Positions 18,415-29,664 are shown, counted from the first letter of the stretch. The stretch: DNA of 64,000 nucleotides from an uncultured bacterium (GCA_905214525.1 CAJMMN010000006.1:19051-83050); one strand, 5' to 3'. The notes: generated by a model not told the origin, from the letters alone. Numbers and translations are program-made.

Positions 18415-18629
18415 GTTACGCGGGTTTACCAACCCGCGTAACCAGTTGACGCTGCGCGCCGCCCAGGGCGACAATTTGTCATTCAAAAGGCGAGGCATGA
18501 CCAGAAGGTCAATGTCTCGTCTTTTTCACGCCAACTTGTTCGCCCTGGACGTCGCTCGCTGTCCGTCCTCTACTTGCGGCGTTGTCTTGCTCCGGATGCG
18601 GTGGTCATTGGGGACGTTCTTAAATGACT
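18415..18629 (+). repeat. Family C structured element, copy 1 (left hairpin, long stem enclosing a terminator-like hairpin, right hairpin)
   Basis: About 90% identical by eye to 27336-27550 and 55332-55549. Starts 4 nt after the pyrE TAG stop. Confidence 0.85.
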
Positions 18630-18768
18630 GCTCGAGATGAGCGTCCAAAAATCCGCGCTCGTTCGATTGGCGCATGTCTACGCAGCGTAGGTTGTCGAGC
18701 CTGGCCTTCAAATGGATACTGACTGTCGAACCGGTTCACTCCATTTCTTCAATTTGATTGGACAGCCC

Positions 18769-19389
18769 ATGAACCAGACACGGCAAACCAATGCCTCCCA
18801 TACTTTTTTGGCAGCGCATGCCATCAAGCAGCTGCGCGAAGAGCGCGGCCTCACCCAGCGCGCCCTGGCGGAAAGCCTTGGCGTGACCGATAAAGCCGTC
18901 AGCAAGTGGGAATCCGGCCGCGGCCTTCCCGACATTTCCCTCGTTGAGCCTTTGGCCCAGAGACTCGGCATAAGCGTGGCCGAGCTTTTGGCTGGTGACA
19001 TTCGGGCCAACGCCAACCGTGCAGGCAATATGCTCAAAGGCGTCTTTTACGTTTGCCCTATCTGCGGAAACGTTGTGCACGCGCTCGGAGAAGGCAGCTT
19101 TAGCTGCTGTGGCTCCACGATGTTTCCCCAGGAGGCCGAAGAGCCGGACGCGGACCACGCCTTTTCCATCGAGCGCATCGAGGACGATTGGTACGTCACG
19201 CTCGATCATCCCATGACCAAGGATCACTACATTAGCTTTGTGGCATATGCGACTATGGACGGCATCTGCTTTAAGAAGCTCTATCCAGAGCAATCGGTGC
19301 AGCCGCGCTTCCATATTACCGGGCGCGGCAGGATATATCTTTACTGCAACCAACACGGACTCTTTACGTCGCTGACGCCTCGCAAATAA
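18769..19389 (+). CDS. XRE-family HTH fused to a complete desulfoferrodoxin (desulforedoxin + superoxide-reductase domains)
   Basis: The HTH is LREERGLTQRALAESLGVTDKAVSKWESGRGLPD. The Dx motif is YVCPICGNVVHALGEGSFSCCGSTM. The SOR centre II ligand pattern is DHAF..DHPMTKDHYI..YCNQHGLF. Confidence 0.75.
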   Translation: MNQTRQTNASHTFLAAHAIKQLREERGLTQRALAESLGVTDKAVSKWESGRGLPDISLVEPLAQRLGISVAELLAGDIRANANRAGNMLKGVFYVCPICGNVVHALGEGSFSCCGSTMFPQEAEEPDADHAFSIERIEDDWYVTLDHPMTKDHYISFVAYATMDGICFKKLYPEQSVQPRFHITGRGRIYLYCNQHGLFTSLTPRK

Positions 19390-19435
19390 CGGCTGTCTAT
19401 CCGCCCTCCTCATGCGTTCCCGGGGGACCCAAAAT

Positions 19436-19530
19436 GAGCGTGGATAATCTCCCGTTTTTGGGCCGCATGCAGGCTCAAAGTGGGAGATTATCCACGCTCG
19501 TTATCTGAGTGTCCAAAAATCCACGCTCGT
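19436..19530 (+). repeat. Family B element, copy 2
   Basis: Perfect 18-bp arms at 19436-19453 and 19482-19499, with the tail GTCCAAAAATCCACGCTCGT. Lies between convergent genes. Confidence 0.85.
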
Positions 19531-19532
19531 CG

Positions 19533-20387
19533 CTACTTGAGTCCGGGCAGGCGGGTGTAGGGGAACGAGCGCTCTAAGAACTCGGAGCAGCGGGCGTAAT
19601 CTTTGGCAAAGTAGCTGCTATAGAGCGAATCGAGTACGTATTGCACGGCGATATGGCTGGCGAACTGCGTGATGCGGTGCGTCATGCTCTCGTGGTCGCT
19701 TACCGTGAGATAGGCGGCAAAGCCGGGGTGAATGCGGGCACAGTACGGCGTGCCGATGACGATGACCGGGACATGTCGACTGCTAAGGATCGGCAAGATC
19801 TCCTTGAGGTTGGGGGCAAGGCCGCTGTAGGAGATGATGATTGCCACATGGTCGGGACCCGAGGCGAGCGCCGTGCGCACCTGAGCCTCGACGCTGTCGT
19901 GGCACGTCGCGCTTTTGCCGGCGGAAAGCAGGCGATCGCGGAACATTCCCGCTGGATACAGGTTATGCGAGCCCGTGTAGATGTCCACGGTGCCGGCGCG
20001 CATGATGAGCTTGGCGGCGTGGTTGAGCTGTGCAGGGTCGAGCAGCTCCTGCGTTTCGGCCAAGGTGGTCTGGTAGAGCCCCTCCATGCGTTCCATCACC
20101 TGCGCAGGGGTGGAGGTGGCATCGAAGGGAAAGTTGATGTCCACGTCGCGCCGGTTGCCCGCCTCGGTCGCCTGGCGGATGAGCTCGACCTTGAGATCTT
20201 TGAAGCCCTCGAGGCCGAGCTTTTTGCAAAAGCGGTGAACGCTCGCGACCGAAACGTTGGCGCGCGCGGCAAATTCCTTAATGGAAAGCCCGCGCACATC
20301 CTCGCCCATGGCGAGCGCCGTTTGCCCAAGTTGTTGCTCGGTGGGGGTGAGGCTTTTGCCCTGCGTGATCTTTCGCCTGATATCCAT
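19533..20387 (-). CDS. RpiR/MurR-family transcriptional regulator (HTH_6 + SIS)
   Basis: N-terminal HTH IKEFAARANVSVASVHRFCKKLGLEGF and a C-terminal SIS sugar-phosphate-binding domain. Confidence 0.85.
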   Translation of the reverse strand: MDIRRKITQGKSLTPTEQQLGQTALAMGEDVRGLSIKEFAARANVSVASVHRFCKKLGLEGFKDLKVELIRQATEAGNRRDVDINFPFDATSTPAQVMERMEGLYQTTLAETQELLDPAQLNHAAKLIMRAGTVDIYTGSHNLYPAGMFRDRLLSAGKSATCHDSVEAQVRTALASGPDHVAIIISYSGLAPNLKEILPILSSRHVPVIVIGTPYCARIHPGFAAYLTVSDHESMTHRITQFASHIAVQYVLDSLYSSYFAKDYARCSEFLERSFPYTRLPGLK

Positions 20388-20462
20388 ATGGCTCCTATGC
20401 GTTTGCGTCGCGATAAACCAATCATAGCGATAAATAAAACGTTCGGCTTGGCTGGGAGTTTT

Positions 20463-20504
20463 GGTCCGCCGGTCTATGAACGACGGACCGCTCGACGCTG
20501 CGCG
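20463..20504 (+). repeat. Partial Family C 5' end (hairpin + CTCGACGCTGCGCG)
   Basis: GGTCCGCCGgtctatgaaCGACGGACC followed by gCTCGACGCTGCGCG. Compare the copy 3 left end GTTCCGCCGTT..AACGGCGGACCAGTTGACGCTGCGCG. Confidence 0.5.
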
Positions 20505-20551
20505 GGCTCAACATAGGGCGTGCCCTGCCCGAGTTGTTTGCGCTCGGGCTG

Positions 20552-23143
20552 CTATCCGAGCACGCGTACGGGCCCCAAGAGACCGCTGGGCTCGGAGGGC
20601 TCGGTCATGCCGAACACGTCGGGGACGGCATGGTCGAGGGTGTTGATGATATCGATCGCAAGCGCGTGCTCGCCGGCCAAAAGCGCGCCGGCCTCAAAGC
20701 AGTAAGGCGGACAGATGCGCGTGCCGAGGGATTTGCCGTCGAGGGTGACGGTTGCGGTCTCAAAGACCTCGCCAAGGTCGATGACGGTGCGGGTGGCCGC
20801 TTCGCCCAGGACAAAGGAAGCCTGGTAGCGGAATGTGCCGGCCTTGCCGGGGAACTCGGCCGAGGAAAGGTCGTGCAGGTCTGCAAGCTCAACAGACTCG
20901 CCAAAGGCATCGGTGCCAGGGGCAGAGAAGGCAACCGCCCAGGGCCCGTCGACGCATGTGGCTTCGTCTTCGGCGGTTGCCACAGCAACGGAACCTGTAG
21001 CCCCAAGGACCACGATGCAGCTCTCGTAGGGAGCCAGCTCGAGCGTGCCGTCAAAGGCGGCGGGCTCGGTGCCGTTGAGCAGATCGAGGCGCGCGCCTGC
21101 AACGGGTGTGCGGTCGGCAAGCGCAATCTGAGTGGAGATACCCTGCTTGGGATGCTCGTTGACGAGCATCAGATAGGTCTCGCCCGCCCGCTCGTAGCGC
21201 AGTGCGCGCAGCCAGGGCTGGGGCTCGGCGCAAACCACGGTCTGCATGCCGGTGTTGGCAAGTGTGTCTGCGAGCTCGGTGGTCGCCAGGAGCTTGATGC
21301 CGGCGACCGCGGCTGCATCCAGGGAGGCAAAGCCCTCGCGACCTGCAGTGTCACCGTCGTAGCGCTTGTTCGGCAACTCATCCAGCGCGTACACGGCAAC
21401 ACCTGCGGCTGCGGCACGCGCGGCAAAGTCGAGCACGGCTTCGCCGACAAACTCGGCTCCGGGCATCACCAGGCAGCGGTATGCCTGGCCGTTCACGCTA
21501 AAGCCGCTACCGTCTGCGGCAATTTCAACGGCATAGCGCCCTGCGTCCTCAAATGCCTCTGCCGGCACGATGTCAAAGTCGACCTGCGCGCGCATAAGCT
21601 CGGAGGCGGCATGCTGCATAAAGTTCGCCTCGCCTGCCCACTCGGCGTCCGCATGGTAGAGAAGCGCCACCGGGGTCGTTGCGCGCCCGCCGCTCAGCAG
21701 GCTCGCCGTACGGTTCATGTAGCTCATAAGCTGCCCAAAGTGTGCAAACTGGGGGTTTTGGCCATGCGCATAGAAATGCGGCGGGCAGTCCCAGTCGGGG
21801 AAGGCGGCCATGCTAAAGGCATGCGGCACAAACCAATTGACGCCGCGCACCAAAAAATGATCGGCGATCCACTTCATCTCGCGTAGGCCTTCGTGCCATC
21901 CAAATGCGCCAAAGACCTCGGCCATGCAGCGCCCCTGCTTTTTGGGGTCGAGGTGTGCTGCCGAGGAGCCCAGCTTGGGCAGCACGTAGTTATAGAACTC
22001 GAGGTCCCACACGCCGCGTCCGTAGCTGTGAAGGCCGCGGTCCATGCCGGGTACCAGCTGGTTGATCACGATGTCGACGCCCGCCATGTCCTGACCGCCC
22101 ACGGCGCGGAAGTAGTGCCCGGCGCCCACGCCCAGGCGCGCGTGGCAGTCCTTGTCCTCGATAACGTGGCCGATGTACTGCACGCCGCGCGCGCGGCACC
22201 AGTCTCCGAGCTGGTCGCAGAAGCACTCCTTATAGAGGGTGCTCGCGATGTCCATATAGACGTGGCGTACGTGCGCGCCGGCCGGCTCGCGGTCCCACAG
22301 GTGCGGGAGCTCGGCCAGGTAGCGCTCGCCCAGTGCCGCGCGCAGGCGATGCTCAAGCTCGGCCGACCAGGGTAGGGGCGCGGTGGCCTTGCCGATGAGC
22401 GTGTCCGAGATGCCATCGGGGCCCGTGGTGCCCTTCTCGTTGGCAAATCCGGGCTCATCGGAGAAAAAGCCCAAGATGGTCTTGCCAAACTCATCGCCCA
22501 GATGCTCAAAATGCGGCTCGTAGACAGCATCGATGAGCTGCGCCACCGAGGCGCGGTCGACCATATTGATGTAGTCCTCGTTGTAGGAGGTCTTGCCGCT
22601 CGTGAACATCACGCATGCCTGCGTGAGGCCCGCAGGTGCATCGAAGACCAGGCGGCTGGGGTTGCCGTCTGCATCGTCGATTACTCGGTAAGCGACGTCG
22701 ACGGGTCTGCCGTCCTGCATAAATGTCACGCCGTAGAAGCGCTCCGTTTTGTCGAGCATGTTGGCGAGCGCGATGCTCGCGGCGGACGTGGGGCCCACGA
22801 TGTCGAACGTGCGGTGCGTGAGCACGATCTTACGGAGCTCGGGCACGGCCTCCTTGACGGCGCCGTTGGCAAAGCCCGTGGGGAAGTGCGCGTCGTCCAA
22901 GATCCAGAGCTTAAGGCCCAGCTGCTTGCACTCGTCAATGACAAAGCGCAAGTCGCGCCACCAGCCCTCGCCGCAAAAATCGGGGTGTGGGCGGCTTTCG
23001 AGACAGACCTCGTGGATGTCGGCGCCGGCGATCTTTTCCAGATACTCGGCAATGGTCTTATGGCTCTCGCCCTTCATCCACAAAAACGGAAGCACGTGGT
23101 TGTCGTATGTGCCCTCGAGCACCTGCTGATAGTACGCGGTCAT
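20552..23143 (-). CDS. Large glycoside-hydrolase-like protein, family not recognised (TIM-barrel-like N-terminal part, beta-sandwich C-terminal part)
   Basis: 863 aa starting MTAYYQQVLEGTYDNHVLPFLWMKGE, with AGGAGGA before ATG 23143. Lies between the RpiR and AraC regulators. The ORF extends to 23602 across the AraC gene start. Confidence 0.6.
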   Translation of the reverse strand: MTAYYQQVLEGTYDNHVLPFLWMKGESHKTIAEYLEKIAGADIHEVCLESRPHPDFCGEGWWRDLRFVIDECKQLGLKLWILDDAHFPTGFANGAVKEAVPELRKIVLTHRTFDIVGPTSAASIALANMLDKTERFYGVTFMQDGRPVDVAYRVIDDADGNPSRLVFDAPAGLTQACVMFTSGKTSYNEDYINMVDRASVAQLIDAVYEPHFEHLGDEFGKTILGFFSDEPGFANEKGTTGPDGISDTLIGKATAPLPWSAELEHRLRAALGERYLAELPHLWDREPAGAHVRHVYMDIASTLYKECFCDQLGDWCRARGVQYIGHVIEDKDCHARLGVGAGHYFRAVGGQDMAGVDIVINQLVPGMDRGLHSYGRGVWDLEFYNYVLPKLGSSAAHLDPKKQGRCMAEVFGAFGWHEGLREMKWIADHFLVRGVNWFVPHAFSMAAFPDWDCPPHFYAHGQNPQFAHFGQLMSYMNRTASLLSGGRATTPVALLYHADAEWAGEANFMQHAASELMRAQVDFDIVPAEAFEDAGRYAVEIAADGSGFSVNGQAYRCLVMPGAEFVGEAVLDFAARAAAAGVAVYALDELPNKRYDGDTAGREGFASLDAAAVAGIKLLATTELADTLANTGMQTVVCAEPQPWLRALRYERAGETYLMLVNEHPKQGISTQIALADRTPVAGARLDLLNGTEPAAFDGTLELAPYESCIVVLGATGSVAVATAEDEATCVDGPWAVAFSAPGTDAFGESVELADLHDLSSAEFPGKAGTFRYQASFVLGEAATRTVIDLGEVFETATVTLDGKSLGTRICPPYCFEAGALLAGEHALAIDIINTLDHAVPDVFGMTEPSEPSGLLGPVRVLG

Positions 23144-23257
23144 GGATCCTCCTTGGCTCGATCGATCTGCTGCATAGCACAGATTATGGACGCGTCGGCG
23201 CGTTCTGCTAATATCTGAATCACGACGAACTATGACCAAATCAACGATTGGCAAGCC

Positions 23258-25860
<2,603 letters not shown>

Positions 25861-26000
25861 TCGACAATATGAGTGCCACCGGGGAAAAGCGTTGGGATGG
25901 GCTCGCGATTCGAGTCCCCACCTTAGCATTTGAACCATTTGGCACTATAATCACCATAGGCATGCGCATAACGTTGCGCTTAATCAAGAGGAGAAAACGT

Positions 26001-26537
26001 ATGGGTCTGTTTGACATGTTCAAGAAGAAGGCTGAGCCCGCGGCTGCCGCTGCTCCGGCCTCCATCTCTGCTTCTGCCGGCGCCGACGTGCTGTGCTCGC
26101 CCGTCAAGGGCAAGGTCATCAAGATGGCCGACGTGCCCGATCCCGTCTTTGGTGGCGAGGTTCTGGGCAAGGGCTGCGCCGTGTGGCCCGAGGACGACCT
26201 AGTCTACGCTCCCTGCGACGGCAAGGTGACCGTCACCATGGGTCACGCCGTGGGTCTGCAGTCCGATAGCGGCATCGAGGTTCTGGTGCACGTTGGCGTC
26301 GATACCGTCAACATGAACGGTGATGGCTTCGAGGGCTTCGTCAAGGCCGACGACGTTGTGAAGGCCGGCCAGCCCATACTCAAGATCGACCGCGCCAAGA
26401 TCGCCGCTGCCGGTTACAAGGACTGCGTCGTGGTGGCCGTGTCCAACACCGCCGAGTTTGCCGATGTCGAACTCGCCGTCGAGGCCGACTCCGCTGTCGC
26501 CGCCGGTGACGCCATCGTTAAGGTCGTCCGCAAGTAA
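26001..26537 (+). CDS. PTS EIIA component, glucose family
   Basis: PDPVFGGEVLGKGCAV..GIEVLVHVGVDTVNMNGDGF carries the two His of EIIA-Glc. RBS AAGAGGAG. Confidence 0.85.
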   Translation: MGLFDMFKKKAEPAAAAAPASISASAGADVLCSPVKGKVIKMADVPDPVFGGEVLGKGCAVWPEDDLVYAPCDGKVTVTMGHAVGLQSDSGIEVLVHVGVDTVNMNGDGFEGFVKADDVVKAGQPILKIDRAKIAAAGYKDCVVVAVSNTAEFADVELAVEADSAVAAGDAIVKVVRK

Positions 26538-26563
26538 ACTGCGGCAACATAAGGATGTGCAAG

Positions 26564-26592
26564 GGTGGTCGGGTTTTCCGGCCACCTTTTTT
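26564..26592 (+). terminator. Intrinsic terminator after PTS EIIA
   Basis: GGTGGTCGG-gtttt-CCGGCCACC followed by TTTTTT. Confidence 0.75.
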
Positions 26593-26773
26593 ATTGCATC
26601 GCGGGGAAGCGTTTTATTGCACGTTGGGCGGGCTTGCAAACCGTTCGGACGCTAAAACGAACCGACCGCGCCTTCGCGTTGCCGAGGGTGTTCATAAGTG
26701 GATAATATGGGCTTACTTATTACAACGTGCGCCGCGTCCGGGAAGCGCGGTGCCGCTCATTGGGAGGAACAAC

Positions 26774-27331
26774 ATGAAAAAGAAGCTGCTGCTTGCGCCC
26801 CTCATGGCCGTCTTGGTTGCATGCGTGGTCGTGCTTTCCGGCTGTGGAGGTCCTTCGGTTGAGGAGCTCATCACCGAGGATCTTACGACGCAGTTTGACG
26901 AGGTCAAAAACGGTGGCGACGACTTCCTCTCTGGTCTGGAGGAGGCTTCGGGCGACGAGTTCGAGCAGCTGGGTATCGATCCCAAGGAGTATGCCAAGAC
27001 CTATCTCGAGGGCTTTGACTACAAGATCGGCGACGTGACGGTCGACGAGGACAAGGGTGTCGCGACCGCCGAGGTCTCTATCACATGCAAGTCTATGAAC
27101 AAGATCGTCGAGGACTTCTCCACCCAGTATCAGGAGAAGGTCGCTGCGCTTGACACGGTTCCTTCCGATGACGAGCTGTACAAGATGGCCGGTCAGGTTA
27201 TGGTCGATGTGACCAAGGCCACCGAGCCCAGGAAGACCACGGTTATCTTCAAGTACACCTGCAACGACGATGGCGAGTGGTCTGCCGACGACTCCGTCAA
27301 CTCCGAGATGATGGATGCAATGCTGAGCTAG
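26774..27331 (+). CDS. Lipoprotein, unknown function
   Basis: MKKKLLLAPLMAVLVACVVVLSGCGG has lipobox LSGC. RBS GGGAGGA. Confidence 0.65.
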   Translation: MKKKLLLAPLMAVLVACVVVLSGCGGPSVEELITEDLTTQFDEVKNGGDDFLSGLEEASGDEFEQLGIDPKEYAKTYLEGFDYKIGDVTVDEDKGVATAEVSITCKSMNKIVEDFSTQYQEKVAALDTVPSDDELYKMAGQVMVDVTKATEPRKTTVIFKYTCNDDGEWSADDSVNSEMMDAMLS

Positions 27332-27335
27332 GGGA

Positions 27336-27550
27336 GTTACGCGGTTCTACGAACCGCGTAACCAGTTGACGCTGCGCGCCGCCCAGGACGACAATTTGTC
27401 ATTCAAAAGGCGAGACATGACCAGAAGGTCTATGCCTCGCCTTTTTCATGCCAACTTGTTCGTCCTGGACGTCGCTCGCTGTCCATCCTCTACCTGCGTC
27501 GTTGCCATGGTGGTCATTGGAGCGGCACTTGGGGACGTTCCTTTTCTGCC
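27336..27550 (+). repeat. Family C structured element, copy 2 (right end degenerate)
   Basis: Starts 5 nt after the TAG stop of the lipoprotein gene. Followed directly by the Family D array. Confidence 0.85.
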
Positions 27551-27593
27551 GGCAGTTGGGGACACTCCTTGTGCCAGCGTTGCATCGAGTGTT

Positions 27594-27766
27594 TGGGAAA
27601 CCGCGACCCGGTTTTTGGCCGAATAGTGGGTCGCATTTTCCGAATGGGGTGGGTTGCGGAAAGTGCGACCCGGAATATTGCTCTGAAACGGGATGCGGTT
27701 TCCCTGATGCGTCTCAAACGGAAAGCGCATCCCATTCCGGAGCTCCAAAACGGGATGTGCTTTCCG
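27594..27766 (+). repeat. Family D: three tandem 62-nt units, each a ~48-nt hairpin (GGAAA..GCR.CCC / GGG.YGC..TTTCC)
   Basis: Units start at 27594, 27656 and 27718. Unit-by-unit homologous to 50597-50770. Confidence 0.85.
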
Positions 27767-27807
27767 CGTGGAAGAATTGTCGCAGCTACGTTAAGCGGTG
27801 CTGCTCG

Positions 27808-28476
27808 TTACTCGCCCAGGATCAGCGCTGCGAGCTCGTCCTGGGTGTCCACCACGTAGTCGGCGCCGGCGGACTCCAGCTCTGCGCGGCCGCGGAAGCC
27901 CCAGCTGACGCCCGCACTCTTAAGGCCGGCGTTGTGGCCGGTCAGGATATCGACATTGGAATCGCCCACATAGAGCGTGGTCGACGGATCGGCGCCTAAC
28001 TCTTTCATCACATGCAGCGTAACAGGCGCCTCGGGCTTGGGGGGAAACGCATCGACACGGCCCTGTACCAGCGCAAAGCGCTCGGAACCAAAATACTTCT
28101 CGATAAGCGGAGCGGCCGAGACGTGGTCCTTGTTGGTGAGCACGGCAAGCTGCACGCCCGCCGCGTGCAGGCGGTCGAGCATCTCGGTCGTGCCGGCATA
28201 GGGAGCGGTGTGGTCCTCCTTGTGCTCGCCGTAATAAGCCCTAAACTCGGCAAGCGTCTGCTCAAACATACGGCTGTCGCCCGCATACTCGGCAGGCATA
28301 AAACGCTCAACCAGCTTGAGCATGCCGTTTCCCACCTTATAGCGGTATTCGTCAACGGCAAACGTGGGCCAGCCGTGCATCTCACAGGTATGGTTACCGG
28401 CGGCTGCCAGGTCCTCAAGTGTGTTGAGGATAGTGCCGTCGAGGTCAAAAATCACATGGGAAAACGCTGCCGCCAT
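27808..28476 (-). CDS. HAD-superfamily phosphatase (phosphoglycolate-phosphatase-like)
   Basis: Motif I VIFDLDGTILNT, motif II LTNK, motif IV GDSNVDI. Start set at ATG 28476. Confidence 0.8.
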   Translation of the reverse strand: MAAAFSHVIFDLDGTILNTLEDLAAAGNHTCEMHGWPTFAVDEYRYKVGNGMLKLVERFMPAEYAGDSRMFEQTLAEFRAYYGEHKEDHTAPYAGTTEMLDRLHAAGVQLAVLTNKDHVSAAPLIEKYFGSERFALVQGRVDAFPPKPEAPVTLHVMKELGADPSTTLYVGDSNVDILTGHNAGLKSAGVSWGFRGRAELESAGADYVVDTQDELAALILGE

Positions 28477-28581
28477 GGGTGCTCCTGCCGCTTGAGTTGT
28501 AAAACGCACCCCATGATACTGGGCATGCGTGCCGGGCATGTTTGGAATCTGAATATCTTTAATAGCCCTGAGCCTTTGTCG

Positions 28582-29616
28582 TCAGCAAATTCTCGGCAGC
28601 TGCTCTCCTACGAGCATGTCGAGGATGCGGGTCGAGCCCCAGCCGGTGCGCACGCGCACGGCGGGACGGGCGCCCTCGGCAAGTGGCAGCACGCGACCGA
28701 TGACGGCGGCGTTCTCGCCGTAGCGGGCGGCGCGCATGGCGGCCAGCGCGGCATCGGCCTGCTCGGCCGGCACCACGGCGACCATCTTGCCCTCGTTTGC
28801 CACCTGCAGTACATCGTAGCCGAGCATCTCGCAGGCTGCCTGCACGTCGGGGCGCACGGGCACGGCATCCTCGTCGACCTCCATGGCAACATCGCTGGCC
28901 TGGGCAAACTCGTTGAGTGTGGACGCCAAGCCACCGCGCGTGGGGTCGCGAAAGCAACGCGTGTCGGGCGCTGCGGCAAGCACATCGGCAATCAGGTGGT
29001 TGAGCGGCGCGGCGTCGCTTTCGATGGTGCTCGAAAACGCCAAGCCCTCGCGTTGGCTCATGATGGCGATGCCGTGGTCGCCCAGTGTGCCCGACACCAG
29101 AATGACGTCGCCGGGGCGGCAGTTGGCGCCGCTGAGCGCCACACCCGCGGGTACCTCGCCCACGCCGGCGGTATTGATGTAGACGCCGTCGGCCCCGCCG
29201 CGCTCAACCACCTTGGTGTCGCCCGTGATGATCGCCACGCCCGCCTCGCGCGCCGTCTCGGCCATGGTCTGCACGATCTGACGCAGCTTGTCCATGGGAT
29301 AACCCTCTTCGAGGATAAAGCCGCACGACAGGTAGCGCACATTGGCGCCCGAGGTCGCGACATCGTTGACGGTTCCGCACACGGCGAGTCGGCCGATATT
29401 GCCACCGGGGAAGAACTGCGGCGAGACTACAAAGCTGTCGGTCGACATGGCGATGCGCCCGCTCGCGGGCAGCGCGGCGACGCCGGCGTCGTTGCCTTCG
29501 AGCAGCTCGGGCGACCCAAAGGCATCCAAAAAGACCTCATCGATAATGCGCTTCATCATCTGGCCGCCAGAGCCGTGGCCCAACAGGACGGTGCTATCGG
29601 TGGCAGTACGGGACAT
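28582..29616 (-). CDS. hypE: [NiFe]-hydrogenase maturation protein HypE
   Basis: AIR-synthase-like fold motifs. The C-terminal PRIC is the carbamoyl/cyano-carrying Cys motif. Confidence 0.9.
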   Translation of the reverse strand: MSRTATDSTVLLGHGSGGQMMKRIIDEVFLDAFGSPELLEGNDAGVAALPASGRIAMSTDSFVVSPQFFPGGNIGRLAVCGTVNDVATSGANVRYLSCGFILEEGYPMDKLRQIVQTMAETAREAGVAIITGDTKVVERGGADGVYINTAGVGEVPAGVALSGANCRPGDVILVSGTLGDHGIAIMSQREGLAFSSTIESDAAPLNHLIADVLAAAPDTRCFRDPTRGGLASTLNEFAQASDVAMEVDEDAVPVRPDVQAACEMLGYDVLQVANEGKMVAVVPAEQADAALAAMRAARYGENAAVIGRVLPLAEGARPAVRVRTGWGSTRILDMLVGEQLPRIC

Positions 29617-29664
29617 ATCGAAAACTCCAATCGTGGGTGGTGCCGGTGTGCGGGTGTGTCCGGG

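Noticed and set aside
18446-18640. Conserved-looking small ORF inside Family C (MTLRAAQGDNLSFKRRGMTRRSM..., also 27366-27626 and a TTG-initiated frame at 55363)
   Set aside because: It would start at a TTG with no RBS. The ends of the three versions differ (different stops and frames after about 45 codons). The nucleotide differences between copies are paired compensatory changes in stems, which points to a structural constraint rather than a coding one.
27594-27766. Possible CRISPR array (regular 62-nt periodicity; also at 50597-50770)
   Set aside because: The linkers are only about 14 nt and are themselves conserved between the two loci. The repeat units are about 48-nt hairpins that differ from each other. 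There are only three units and no cas genes in the window. This is a structured tandem repeat, not a repeat-spacer array.
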